A stretch of DNA of 64,000 nucleotides from Macrostomum lignano (lineage: Eukaryota), in contig NIVC01001593.1 in assembly GCA_002269645.1 (NCBI GenBank), positions 177,960 to 241,959 on the forward strand, read 5' to 3'. Made by a program: the position numbers and the translations under genes. Every line of letters starts with the position of its first letter. The first letter of the stretch is position 1. Under the pieces are notes generated by a model that was not told the DNA's origin, did not search any database, and worked only from the letters and a program-made list of their open reading frames with translations. Positions 25,947-46,290 of this stretch are shown piece after piece.

Positions 25947-26644
25947 CGAGGGTTGTCCCAGAAATAGCGGGAAAAACCGGTATAGAAGCTGACTGTGATA
26001 TTCGAATTTTATGCAACTTGCGTCATAAGTAGAAAAAAATCCAATGGTTGTTTTGCTTTTTAAATGAGGTAAAAATGTCAATTCATTAAAAAGTTATGCC
26101 TATAATTAGAACAAGGGGTAAGGGGGTAGAGTTACACCAAGTCGAGCCTACTATGCTGGCCATAGACTAAACTTTTGATGCTTAGTCAGAACCATAGATA
26201 CTATATAACTATATAACTGTATATAGATATATAAATATCTATGGTCAGAACCATCGATTCGAAAACAGAAGCAAACGAAGAAGCTGAAGAGAAACAAAAG
26301 AGCACATAAGCCCTCGAAAAAAGCAGGAGCTAATCTGAAGCAGAAGCAGAAGCAGAACAGCTGCAGGCTACAGGCTGAGGGTTGACTTCGTCGAAAAGTC
26401 ATCAGTCAAGGGCGATGGCGATGCTGCGTGACCGACTTTGCAGACCCCTCGACTTGGTGTAACACTACCCCCTACCCCTTGCTCTAATTATAGGCACAAC
26501 TTTTTAATGAATTGGCATTTTTACCCCATTTAAAAAGCAAAACAACCATTGGATTTTTTTACTTATGACGCAAGTTGCATCAAATTCGAATATCACAATC
26601 AGCCTCTGTACCAGTTTTTCCCGCTATTTCTGGGACAACCCTCG
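25947..26644. mobile_element. Tc1/mariner-type MITE, 698 bp, ~200-bp TIRs, TA target duplication
   Basis: TA|CGAGGGTTGTCCCAGAAATAG ... CTATTTCTGGGACAACCCTCG|TA. Arms 25947-26146 and 26448-26644 are imperfect inverted repeats. Confidence 0.9.
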
Positions 26645-28494
26645 TAGAATGACGGCAGTTCAGTATTTACATGTGGCACATCCTGCGCGGTTGAATTATC
26701 ATAGCTACATGTATATAAACGTGTCCAAAAATAGTCCCGTCGACTCCGCTAAGCTAAGCTAAGCTACAGACAAGGGCGGAGCGTTTAAATGAAATATGCA
26801 ACGCCTGCAGTTAGCTACGGCTCTTATATAGCTACATGTTTCGACAAACAGGCGGTCGAATTTAAAATGCATTATGGACCCTGTTGTTTATAGCCTAGTC
26901 CATATAGTAGTAATATTAGATAATCGAATTTCAAGCGCCCGGCTTTGCATGCTTTTTTAATTTTTTCTTGGTTCCAGACTTAAGAGAGCTGAGAAACAGA
27001 GGAACAGAGAAGTGGAGAGAGTGCTTCAGATTTGGCGTGTAAGCTTTTAAACGCATGAATATATCGATCTTGACGGGCAAGGCCCTCCATCTTCTGGTAG
27101 CTGGCCTCCAGCTCCTCCGCTTGGGATGTCGACGTCAGAAAATTAATAAGAAGCTGTAACCACAAGCACCGCAGGGTGTCCACTGTATAAGCCTTTACTC
27201 TCTATATAGCATACGGGAGTTGTAGAGCATACACGCAAAGCTAACACACACAGGTCTTGTATGCATGTTAGTGAGCAAATAGACCGCACATGCTCAGGCC
27301 TGCTGCATTGATGGCGTTTTGTATGGGGTTTTTTAGGCAAATTGCGTTTGTTGTGCCACAGTGAAAACTTCTAGGATATTAGCTGCAGAGCCTCAAATAG
27401 ATTTTTAGCTCGGGATCAAGCAGGTGAACGCGCGCTGGCCAGAGTCAGTTTATCTAAGCACGCTTCGGCTAGCAGATTAGTGTATGCAGAGACCATACAA
27501 GCCCCGTTAGGGAAACAGCAAGCTTCATAGAGAAATCGTTTGATTAGCAATTCGCTCGAATGACAATTGCGTCAGGGGTGGACTAAAAACAATATTAATA
27601 ATCACCGGCCTCTATTGCACGGCCTCGGTGCAAGTTTGCCAAGAGTAAACACGGATCTCGTCACCTCGATATGCAATTTTTATAGCAATGGCTTGCAAGC
27701 GAATTGACATAGGCTTTTCTTTCTACACAAAATGTGAACTAACTTCTTTTTTTTAGCCTGCAAGATTTGCGCAGGTCAGGTAATCATCGATTGCCCCGGT
27801 GTTGCCAACCAGCTGATTGATAGTAGAGGTCGCATGACTTGTGCACTGAGAACAAGGACCGTTGGAAGGAATGTACACTCGTAGGATGAGGTTGCTTCAT
27901 CCTATGAAAAATAGAACAAAGTAGCTACCTCAGGAAGACTCTCAAAATGTACAGAACAAGCAAATTCCGTTGATCCATTTTGAAATACTAAATTTGTGTC
28001 ACGTAAATTATGAATAAACATAAATTTCCCTTATCTTCTTTAAAACTTTCTGGAAGTCTTTCTACATCTTAATCAGTTAAAAATAATGTAAAAGAAAAAA
28101 ATTAAACTGCAATTCATTTATTACAGGAGATTAGAGAAGATCATTGTTAAATCAACAGCAAACGCCACTCACGATATATTTTCGTTACTCGCAATATCTA
28201 GATATTGACAGAAAGCAGATACATAACAATTAGTTTAAGTAATTCGTGGCGCCCTAGCAGTCAGTAGCTGGCACAAGAAACTGTCCAAAATAAAATGAGC
28301 AATTGGCAATTTTATAAAAAAGAAAACTCCTCATAGGTAAAATACATACATCTCGTCACAAAACGGAATTAATAAGATGGTGAATAAAAGTTTAATGGAA
28401 TGAATGCATCAATTTTCTTTATTTTTCCATAGAAAATAAAACATTTAATCGTAAATCTCATGCATAGACAGCACTTGCAAAAACTCTTAGTTAT

Positions 28495-29691
28495 TTAGAC
28501 TTCCGCACACACGCACAGCTTTGATAGTCCGCTGAGATTGGAGTCGCTGACTGCCTCCTCGGCTGCTGACACTGGCTGGCTGCCGGCATCTCCAGCTGCT
28601 GACACTGGCTGGCTGCCGGCATCTCCAGCTTCTGACACTGGCTGGCTGCCGGCATCTCCAGCTTCTGACACTGGCTGGCTGCCGGCATCTCCAGCTGCTG
28701 ACACTGGCTGGCTGCCGGCATCTCCAGCTGCTGACACTGGCTGGCTGCCGGCATCTCCAGCTGCTGACACTGGCTGGCTGCCGGCATCTCCAGCTTCTGA
28801 CACTGGCTGGCTGCCGGCATCTCCAGCTTCTGACACTGGCTGGCTGCCGGCATCTCCAGCTGCTGACACTGGCTGGCTGCCGGCATCTCCAGCTGCTGAC
28901 ACTGGCTGGCTGCCGGCATCTCCAGCTGCTGACACTGGCTGGCTGCCGGCCAAGCAGTAAAAGATAGACACAGCGGATTGGCTTTCAATCTGACAGGCGG
29001 TAAAGCCGACCCGCTGAAGTGCATCAGCCAGTGCCTCGGAAGTGATGTCAATCACCAGTACAAGCTTGTACCGGGCAGCCAGGTGAGGCCACAGGTCTGG
29101 CTCGGCGTTGACTGAGTGGGCAAAGCTCAGCACCACCAGGTCAGCATCTGGCAGCAGTTTGGCAGCGTCGGCGGAATTTTTAACACAGCCAGCTTTGAAC
29201 CATAGGCTGTATGGCAGTCGCTGCTCTCTTAGCTGCTCATCTATACTCGAGATTAGCGGCTGCCAGCCGCCGCACCGGTCTACCAGGAACATGACGAGAG
29301 GCTCGGCTGGCCCGGCGCTGTGGTGGTGCCGCCTAGCCAACAGAGCGATAGCATCGGAGCCGGGGCCGCAGCCGACGCAGACGCCAGTTTGGCTGCTTAG
29401 CAACACCCGATTGACAGCTTCAACATTGGAGACCGCCTCTAGAGATTTCGCTGAGATGCCAACAGACCAGGGCAGCTTGTTGATGGCGTAGCAACAGCGG
29501 AATAGCTCGTCATCGTAATATTCATAGTGCTGCTGTTTCCACTTCTTCTGCTCCCACTCGTTATAACGAAGCCAGCCCCGGCTGCGGCTGTCCCGATTGC
29601 GGTCGAGTTTCTCCTGGGCGCAGCGGTGCACTGCCTTGGTTAGAACTGAGCTGAGCCAGGCGCCACTGCCGCCAGCATCCGCACCCTGCAT
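28495..29691 (-). CDS. Intronless class I SAM-dependent methyltransferase-like protein (398 aa) with an 11-aa repeat C-terminus
   Basis: Motif I-like VCVGCGPGSD, acidic post-beta2 FLVDRC, DADLVVLSF and LVLVID. AG acceptor at 29711-29712 and an in-frame upstream stop support the ATG at 29691. Fold assignment is inferred from motifs. Confidence 0.7.
   Translation of the reverse strand: MQGADAGGSGAWLSSVLTKAVHRCAQEKLDRNRDSRSRGWLRYNEWEQKKWKQQHYEYYDDELFRCCYAINKLPWSVGISAKSLEAVSNVEAVNRVLLSSQTGVCVGCGPGSDAIALLARRHHHSAGPAEPLVMFLVDRCGGWQPLISSIDEQLREQRLPYSLWFKAGCVKNSADAAKLLPDADLVVLSFAHSVNAEPDLWPHLAARYKLVLVIDITSEALADALQRVGFTACQIESQSAVSIFYCLAGSQPVSAAGDAGSQPVSAAGDAGSQPVSAAGDAGSQPVSEAGDAGSQPVSEAGDAGSQPVSAAGDAGSQPVSAAGDAGSQPVSAAGDAGSQPVSEAGDAGSQPVSEAGDAGSQPVSAAGDAGSQPVSAAEEAVSDSNLSGLSKLCVCAEV
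28563..28950. repeat. 33-bp coding minisatellite, ~12 copies, encoding AGSQPVS(A/E)AGD
   Basis: Seen directly; variant order is AAAEEAAAEEAA. Confidence 0.95.
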
Positions 29692-30381
29692 CAATAAGCC
29701 GCAGCTCTACCTGTGAGCAAATTTCATTTTTTTCAATATAGATAGGCCTATGTTTATTGTTGTTCAAGCTAACTCAATACACTATAATTTGACAACCTTT
29801 ACTTTTATGTACTATAATCAATACTTAAATAAATTTGATAAAGATAGCCAATATGGTTACTACAATGATCTAATATATGGTTACAAATTACAATATAGCT
29901 AGGCCCAGATCCAGAAATTTTCTTTGGGGGGAGGGGGATAGGACATCTCAAGGGAAGGAAAATGAATCCCCCATTCCCCTTTCATATGCCCCTGAAAGCT
30001 TGTTTTTAATTTTTATAAAGTTTGTTTGAATGTGCATAATATGAAAATATTAAAAGTATTATATATAAAATTGAGAGATAATATACATAAAATTAAATAA
30101 TTAAATATATAAATTAAATATAGAATTGAGAGATAAATACATAATATGATAAGATTTGCATCTTATTTGTATATTACAAAAAAGTTATTTTGTCTAGCCA
30201 GGACCTACTAGCAAATAAAAAGACAATAGACAAAATCATTGCATATTGACACTATCTATCAATGGACCTTTCAAGTCCATTGGCATTGACATTTATAGTT
30301 AGGATATAATCTAACTTCCCATATATAGCATACAATCAACTATGCCTATAAGGCACAAAATTCCTACATGCCAGACTCGAG

Positions 30382-30386
<5 letters not shown>

Positions 30387-30440
<54 letters not shown>
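30387..30440. repeat. (TA)n microsatellite
   Basis: Seen directly. Confidence 0.95.
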
Positions 30441-30445
<5 letters not shown>

Positions 30446-33400
30446 TTTTCTAGCATACAAGTATAAAGATATCTGGTATAGGCCCTATACCACACAATTG
30501 GTATACAAATTGGCATATAAAGGGGCCTGGCATACCCTTTGGTATATAGCTTGGTATATAAAGATCATCATTTATAATTTTGTTTTGATATATTTTTGTA
30601 TGCAATAAAAGTCCATCAGCATACATTGGCATATAGCATATGCATTACATAATACATATAGTACATACTTGCAACTATGAACTAGGCCTATTTCAAAACT
30701 GATATGATATATTGACCTTTCCTTTGCCCCATTGTCTGGCATTAATAATTTTTGTTTTATCTGCATGTGTTTTCTATGTGTTTCTATTGTTTCTGACTGC
30801 TGCCCCATCCTTTGCCCTTTCTTCCCTATCTGCTGCGGACTGCCCAGTTTTTAATATTTATGTGGCCAGTTTGGGCCTCAAACTTGTTTACGCACTTGCT
30901 TTTGCTTGCTTTCCTTTTCCTTCTCCTTTCCCTTGTTTGCTTAGTTAGTTTAAGTCTAGTGTTTAGTTTCTAATACTTTTCCTTGTTCTAGTTTAAGGAG
31001 TTAATTTGCTTACACTTTAGAAGCTTAACCAGTTACTCTTACTCTGCACCCAGCATCGCCGCGGCAACTCTTGTTCATTAGCAATAAAATTGTTGGCAAA
31101 AATCTAATACTTAACAAACATAACACCTGTTTTACAAATAAGTTCATTAATTAATCAAAGCCTTTAGCGGTTTATCTTAAGTTATTTGCTTAATATGAAA
31201 CAATTGAATTAATCTCAACTCCAAATGAGCTCTGAGATCTCAATATTCTATAATATTACAAAATTATGGTGGTAGTAGCACTAATCTACTGAAAAAATCA
31301 GTTAAGCAAATCAGCTAACAATAAAATTATTGTGTCAAGACCATTGAGCCTACAATCTGAATGACTATGCCTGCTTAAGACTGCTTGACACAATTATGAC
31401 TACCCTCCCCTGGAATTGAGGACCCAGCAGTATTCTAAGAGAAAAATGATTCAAATAATTCAGTGAAATTTTCCAGCTTTGCAAGTGCCAAGATAATGAA
31501 GACGGAATTCAAAAGTTAGAATTGCCCATTTTCTGGTGTCAGCTAACAATAGACCAATTTAAAATTTTAAATTCTTTTCTCTGCCCCACTTCAAAAGCAT
31601 ATAATTCTTCTAAAATTAAAAAACTAGGCTTTAATATTTACACTTAATATTAATTACTAAATTTAGATGATATTTGTTTTTTACCATAAAATAACCATTT
31701 TGCTATTTATAATTATATGGTTATATGGTTTTTCACCTATTTTAACTAAATTCTGATAGACTTATTATATTGATTAGTTGATAATAATAGGGCCTAGGCC
31801 TAATTAATTTAAATCTACCTTGCAAATATTCATAGATATAAATTAATAGCTAAAAATATGATTAACTAATATTATTAACAATCATATCATGACTAGTACA
31901 CAACCTAGAAACAAACTAAAATAGATCACTTACCAATTTATCGCCTCTCTATCACAATGAAAAGATAAGATACTGAATAGGACTAGGCCTAACTGCCTAA
32001 GCCTTAATTATACATTTATACTATGTAATAGGCCTACAATAGGCAATAGCCAGAGCCAGAGGTCAAGAAGGCCAGTAATCAAGATAAAAATTAAATGATA
32101 ATATAAATGAAAATGAGTAAAAGTAGGCTTATTCCTTTGATATACGAATATGTATATATATGTTGTATGTATAGTAAATGACTGACTCACTTACTGAGTA
32201 AAGTCTGAGTTATGAAAATCACTGTTTTTCATATAGCGTAGTAATATAATAGGCCTAGTCATCAACTTCCTTAAGTCTGATCAGTTATAATTTAATGGGG
32301 TATTAGGCATTAGCCATAATTTTTTTGATAGGCGAAACGACAGGCTTTTTTCTTTTAAATCTTTCTTTCTTTCTCTTTCTTTTAGAAGACCACTACCTAA
32401 GACCTAAGACTAAGTGCTACATACATCTTTCCAGGAAACCACACCTCGTATAGTTTTCGTGCCAGACTTTCCGGTAAGATTTATCCTTGTCACTGTCACG
32501 TTTACTGGCTGAGAAAAATTTGAAATAAATCCAATGATTTTCATTTTTCTACACATTCTGGTTCCAGAACCAATTCTCGTGAAAAAGACTGATGCATGTT
32601 TATCACATCACGAGCATCATCGAGAGTCTATATTTTTGTGTTTAACGCTCAAATTTGATTTGCCAATGGCATATATATTTGCATGTTTTACTGTATTCGC
32701 AGTGTCCACTGATGCACTAAATCAGTTTTTATTAGCGATATCTTTTGAAATTTCCCAAAGAATTGTATCTGTAAACACGCAATTTCTTCAGAGAAATGCG
32801 GAGTATCAATTTAAAATTTGCTTCAAATACTTCGAAATGCACGCAATCGAGCCAATATAGCCTCTTTTGAGACAATTAAAACACTTTCCTGCAAAGCAGC
32901 TGTTTTATCTCGCACAAAAATAATATATAGAGAAAGAGACATCTCGAGTGCCAAGCCGATGCCATGCTTAGTGGATGTTTTTCTATAAATAATGGATGCT
33001 ATACTTTTTAAATCAATTCAGGCCAATATTTAATTATTGTAATCATAAATTTCTGAAATAATCGAAATGGGTTGAAATTCAAAATCGAAAAATGCTCAAA
33101 AAGATTAGATTCTTTCTATATACACATGGCAACCTTTTATAAATGGGGTAATGTAAGTGCAAGGTTAGTGGGCCTGAGCTATGCAAGTACAAGACTTATT
33201 AATTTTTTATTCAAGACAATGTACAGCAGTACATGTACGAGACGTTCAAAATTGATGTTGACTGCATGCGTTCTGATAAAGGAGCTGCTGACGTTAAAAA
33301 GGGCAACTTATTTGAAATATCTACTGCTGCCTATGCATAAGCATCAGCTCCACTTTCCCTATGAAACTTCAGTTGACTGCGCTAATAATCAAATCTGAGC

Positions 33401-34938
33401 CAGTATACATGAGATATAATTGCTCCAAACTCGAGTGACCTCAACACCCAAGCCGCGGCATAACCCGAGGCAAACCTGAGCTGCTAAGCTGCAAACTTTT
33501 GGCTCTATATCCGCGCCGGGCCAGCGGCTGCTTAGCAATGCGGAAGACGTGGGAAATGGGAAAAGCTGCGAGGCATCGACCCCACAGAGCCAATTAAAGC
33601 GGTACTGCATGGCGAAGATCAGGGGGATGCTGCACCGCATCCATGTATGCGGGACACGCCACTCTGCCACTAATGCAATCGGGTTCCTCTCATATAATGC
33701 TTCACCGAGTCCCTGGCTTTTTCTCTGCATGGGCTGTTGTAAGAGCTAAGTTTTTGTTTTAGTATAACAGCTAAAAATTTGGGAGTGTAAAGTTTGGAGA
33801 TACATATGTATACGAAGCATTGGGATTGCAAACTCTAAATGCGACTTAAGAAATGACATTTGGATCGAGTGAATTAAGAAAGCACACCCGTGGCAAAAAG
33901 TAACTGCAAGACTTTCGCCTCTTAGCGCAAAGTTTGTTTTCTAGTAATTCAGCCTGTATTCAGCTGCTAGGAAATGAAATTTCTTCCTGACAGAGCATAT
34001 GGCTGTATTCCACTATTTCTTCGATTATGCACAGAAAACGGGTTGTTTTTATTAAAACATTGACAGTTTGACTGGATATCCCAAGTTTACTATAGGCAGC
34101 GTGTATATGGGAGGCAGGGCTAAAGTATTGACGTCAACATTAACAGAATCACGATAAGTTTCCGGCTCTCAAAAACTCTCAAAAGGAGGCGAATTTCCCA
34201 AAAAGAGAAGCCTAACTGTTTGCATACAGTAAGCAAATCGCGCTTAGTATAAAATTGGAGATTGTGAATTTTGTGCCATAATTGCTTGCGACATTGTAAA
34301 GAGGAGAAATGCACGTAAAAGAGACATTAAACTAAGATATTAGTAAGCAGGAAGGTTAAATGGCCTTTGGTAGCTGCGGTAGTACTTCGTAACTGTGAGT
34401 TAGCCAGCACTGTCAGACACGACGGCTATACACAGATCGCAAAATAATAAATCACGCTTCACATGCTCGTAAACGGATACACGTGTAATGCGATTATTTT
34501 GCTTAATAAGAATGAATCAATTGGCTTTTGGTTACAGGATCCTGTTTAACAATTGTGGGGATGGTATGCGATATGCTACGTTAATGTTACACGTTTCCTG
34601 GACAAGAAAGGGAGAGAGAGTAAGCAGCAGTGAATAGTTTGCAGACGCAGTTCGGCCATTAATACTGTGCAAGCCAGTACTCGTAAATCATGTACCAAGG
34701 ACCACTAGAAGATTACGTTACTTTAGTAGTCCTTATCTTGTCCCTCTAAATCGTGTGATTTAGCCCAGTTTGTTTATTATGTGCCGCAATTAGAGCTTAT
34801 GTTCTCCAAACAATATATCATACGTGCTACACTGAACATAAGCTAAGCAGATAATTATATAGGATTATCCGATTAGCCAGCGTTTCTCTTAATTTCTCTG
34901 ATTTTCTACGAGGATTTCAATTGTGAATCGTTCTGCAC

Positions 34939-35655
34939 GATTCAACGGACTGAATGAACGGATAGACAACTGCTTGATTGATTGAACTGAGTGAACGGAC
35001 AGACAACTGCTTGATTGATTGAACTGAGTGAACGGACAGACAATTTCTTGATTGAACTGAGTGAACGGACAGACAATTTCTTGATTGAACTGAGTGAACA
35101 GACAGACAATTACTTGATTGATTGAACTGAATGAACGGACAGACAACTGCTTGATTGAACTGAATGAACGGACAGACAATTGCTTGATTGATTGAACTGA
35201 ATGAACGGACAGACAATTGCTTGATTGATTGAACTGAATGAATGGACAGACAACTGCTTGATTGAACTGAATGAACGGACAGAAAACTTGATTGAACTGA
35301 GTGAACGGACAGACAATTGCTTGATTGAACTGAGTGAACGGACAGAAAACTTGATTGAACTGAGTGAACGGACAGACAATTGCTTGATTGAACTGAGTGA
35401 ACGGACAGACAATTGCTTGATTGAACTGAGTGAACGGACAGACAACTGCTTGATTGAACAGAATGAACGGACAGACAACTGCTTGATTGAACAGAATGAA
35501 CGGACAGACAACTGCTTGATTGAACTGAATGAACGGACAGACAATTGCTTGATTAAACTGAATGAATGGACAGACAACTGCTTGATTGAACTGAATGAAC
35601 GGACAGACAATTGCTTTATTAAACTGAATGAATTAATAGACAACTGCTTGAATAA
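34939..35655. repeat. 33-bp minisatellite (TTGATTGAACTGARTGAACGGACAGACAAYTGC) with 30- and 37-bp variants
   Basis: Seen directly. Confidence 0.93.
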
Positions 35656-36532
35656 ATAAAAACAATAATTTAAATAATCGAAGGCCTTAAAATAAGGAAA
35701 TTAAAAAACCAAGGCAGCAACTGATGTAAAGTTGAGTTAAAATAACTTTCTTGAAATAAAAAAGTTTATTTAATGATATATCGGGGTTGTAAGGAGCTTA
35801 TATTTGAGTTAAATCGGTTCTGCATGGTTCAATAAACGTGACAAGCGGTCAGGACTCAGACAACCTTGAACCAAAAATAGGCTTTAAGCAAAGTGATAAT
35901 TCAAATTTTGTTTCAGATGCCTCCCTACAAAGTGTGCGTGTGCTAATCTGTATTTAATAAAATGATTACGTCATTCATACCATTCGAATTTCACTACAAC
36001 AATTTTGTACACTATTTATTTGAATACATTGCTAGTGGTGCCGTGTTCTAAGTAGCTCAGGAATTTAATATGCCAAAACTATGACCGCCTAATAGAGTCC
36101 CAACAAACCAAACAGTTTCATTAGCTACTAATAGTAGATTGTGGCTACCCGGTCTAGGCTACTGGTGGTTTCATACTGATTCGAATTTAATAGTTGCTGT
36201 CACAATGTTCCCCTGATGCTGATGTTTTTAATCTTTTTATGCAAGATTAAAGAAGGAAGACAGAAATTCAAGATATTAATTCGAAAGATGTTTAAATAAA
36301 AAATGCAACGATTTTAAAAGGTTTTAGTTCCTGGATGCAATAAGCAATTAGGCAATTACTATACCACTGCGCACTGTTTACTGGCAAAGACCACCGATAA
36401 AAGTCTACACATTCCCTATCCATTATTCCATGGCCTTATCTCAGCTCGCTTACTCTTAGTTGACGTCACTTTACTGAATACCTGTATGTAGTATCCTAGG
36501 TTGACCCTAGTTTCTGTTTTTCAAAGAATCAC

Positions 36533-37280
36533 TACTACTACTACTAAATAAGTAATAAGGCGCCTCAGCCATTGAACAGGCTCTTACGCCACTAGGAATG
36601 AATTAGGATCCAAGTTGGGAGTGTACTAATGTACACTAGGTTTCTAAGCTAGGCTAAAAGAAACTGTGGCCATCAAGCCGAGCAGGCGACACCAGTCGGG
36701 CTGAGGGCGGGGCCTACCCCCTACCGTCGGGGCGTCGCACCTACTCCAAACTCAAATCAAAACCTCCCCGGGGCTAGAGGGGGTTGAGTGAACCAATCAG
36801 GGAAGCCCGTGCCTTCTCCGGGGTTAGGAATGCCAAAATACCGGTCAAAAGACCGCCCCCACGGCCGTGGCAACCCGAAGGAGCCTCCCCACCCACTAAA
36901 CCCCGGGTACTCTTGCCAGACAGTCTCTTATCTTTGAAGCGGCAAGAGGGCTAATCGCCGGGACTATTTCACCCTTTGCTTCGCCAACCCGCCATTTCTA
37001 TAGTGACCGTGCCAACGGTCTCGTCCTGGTCAGATTCAGTCCTGGTCCTGGCACACTCCAGCTTTAATAGAGTCGCTGGTATGTTCACCAGAGGACACTC
37101 CGAGGGAGACCGTCAGAGCATCAACTGGAACAGGTATAGGCCTGCCTTCCTATACAGCTACCCACAGCCCTTCCTGATCGACTATTACCCAGCCTACTAA
37201 CTTATTACAAGCTTTCAGCCAGGCAGAGACAAGTGTCACAGGGATACTGCGGTTAGGCGTCTCTATGCGAGACAAGACCA
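36533..37280 (-). mobile_element. 748-bp retroposed insert (5'-truncated LINE or SINE, possibly RTE-related) with a (GTA)n tail and 20-bp TSD
   Basis: TCTGTTTTTCAAAGAATCAC occurs at 36513-36532 and 37281-37300. TACTACTACTACTA directly follows the left TSD. Confidence 0.82.
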
Positions 37281-38300
37281 TCTGTTTTTCAAAGAATCAC
37301 AACTGCTCTATACTTTTATAAACTCTCAAGCCCCTTATTTCTCCCCAGTAATAACATTTCCCAAGCCTGACTACTAATAGTAGGGGAAAAGCGAATCTAC
37401 TTCGCTTTTCTGCTATATAACAGTAAGTTAATTTAGAGACGATTTTTGACATACATGCATTTAATCAAACGCACTAATACCAGCCACTTGTGTCAAGCTT
37501 CTCAAAGTATCGTGGTGTCCTTTGAGCAGAATATTCGGGTGAAAAAATAAGTTGTTGGGGCAAGAGTCAACAGTCCCAGTGACCAACGCCTGAGCAAAAT
37601 CACACGAAACAAAAAGGAAACCAAACTACTCGTTTACTGAAGATGGATTTAGATGATCAGATTTAATTAACAATATAGTAAGAAGTTACTAACAAGGTCA
37701 ACTGAAAAAAAATTGTTCAATCTACACGGGTGCTGCGCAATAGTAAGCAGCAGATCCATACTGACAGAAAAAATAATAAACGAAAACTTTTCGTCTTCTA
37801 CGGGATTAAAACAGCGAAAAGTGTACTACAGAAGCAAAGACTAATAATTAACGAATAGGATTTGCCTTGACAAGTTTCACGATTTACAACCAAATAGTTA
37901 ACTAACTAGCTAGAGAGATCAGAAATCCAAGTGTGCTGAATAACATTATTAAAAATTGATTGGGAATCTAAGGAATCTGTTGCGATGTATTGTAATTGTA
38001 ATTAAGTTGAAACGGTACTAAAAATACTGGATGAGCATTTCCCGAAGTTTATGTTTAAATAGAAATGTGAGCTACTTATAATTCAGCGTCTGTTTGGAGT
38101 TTTTTGGATAAATTTGCAAAAAAATCAACAGTACACACAATTATAATAGCGACCTATTTAGTGTTTCATATATAAACTTGAATACATTCTAGAAAAATCA
38201 GACACTAAAATGACGCTGATTGTGCATACAAAATGTTTGATTGAAATTTGATATTAATAATTTATAGTCAAGTTATCTATAGCAGCTTAAGTAGATCAAC

Positions 38301-45427
<7,127 letters not shown>

Positions 45428-45998
45428 TTTTTAATCTACTGCAGCGACTGACTGGACGCGGCTAACTCACTCAGCTTGGCTAATGCTCAATCCGATTCAA
45501 TAAGAGGGCACGAGGGGGATAAATGGGCCAAGATAAAATCGGATGACCTTTTCGGCACAAGTCTATCCTCTGTGCGCAAAAGAAAAGATAATATAGGTAC
45601 ACTGGGATGAGTGCCTTAGAGAGATTAGGCATGTATGGAGAAGGAAAATGCGCCTTCATGCGGCTCATTGGAAGCTTTGGTATTGAGGACAGAGAGACGG
45701 GCGGAAGGGAGAGGGAGAGACGGCACGTGTGTTGGGGAAAGGATTAAGAGGCTGCAGAACTGCGGTTGGTTGGAGAAACACCGAAGGACTGACTGACTGG
45801 GGGAAAAGACGATTTTCTTCGAAATTGCTGCAGAGGTTTCAGGCCAAGCGCACTCCTTTAGTTAAACTGCATGAACCACTTAATACACCTGCCAATCTCT
45901 TCAAGATGCCGTTAGTCACTGGCACAGAAACCGGGAAAGCTAAGATTGAGCACAATAGAACTTTATTTCTGAATGAAGCTACATCTTGGAAAGGACAG

Positions 45999-46290
45999 CT
46001 GTAAACTTCTGACAGAAAGCACTGATTACATACTACCGAATGCTCAAAGCTGTAAACCACTGACAGAAAGCACTGATTACATACTACAGAATGCTCAAGG
46101 CTGTAAAGCACTAACAGAAAGCACTGATTACATACTACAGAATGCCCAAGGCTGTAAACCACTGACAGAAAGCACTGATTACATTCTACAGAATGCTCAA
46201 GGCTGTAAACCACTAACAGATAGCCCTGATAACACACTACAGAACCCTCAATGCTGTAAACCACCGAGAGATAGCTCTGACTATACACAC
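45999..46290. repeat. 51-bp minisatellite, ~6 degenerate copies
   Basis: CTGTAAACCACTGACAGAAAGCACTGATTACATACTACAGAATGCTCAAGG-like units. Confidence 0.88.

Noticed and set aside
32400-32870. Protein-like - strand stretch (TLDDARDVINMHQSFSRELVLEPEC)
   Set aside because: Many in-frame stops and no recognisable family.
33389-33730. 113-aa - strand ORF in a GC-richer island (similar islands at 16600-17060 and 27000-27900)
   Set aside because: No recognisable motifs or consistent splice chain; cannot be supported without transcripts.
36815-36965. HDV-like ribozyme on the + strand (P1- and P4-like stems, GCTAAT)
   Set aside because: No convincing P2/P3, and the element's tail indicates - strand polarity.
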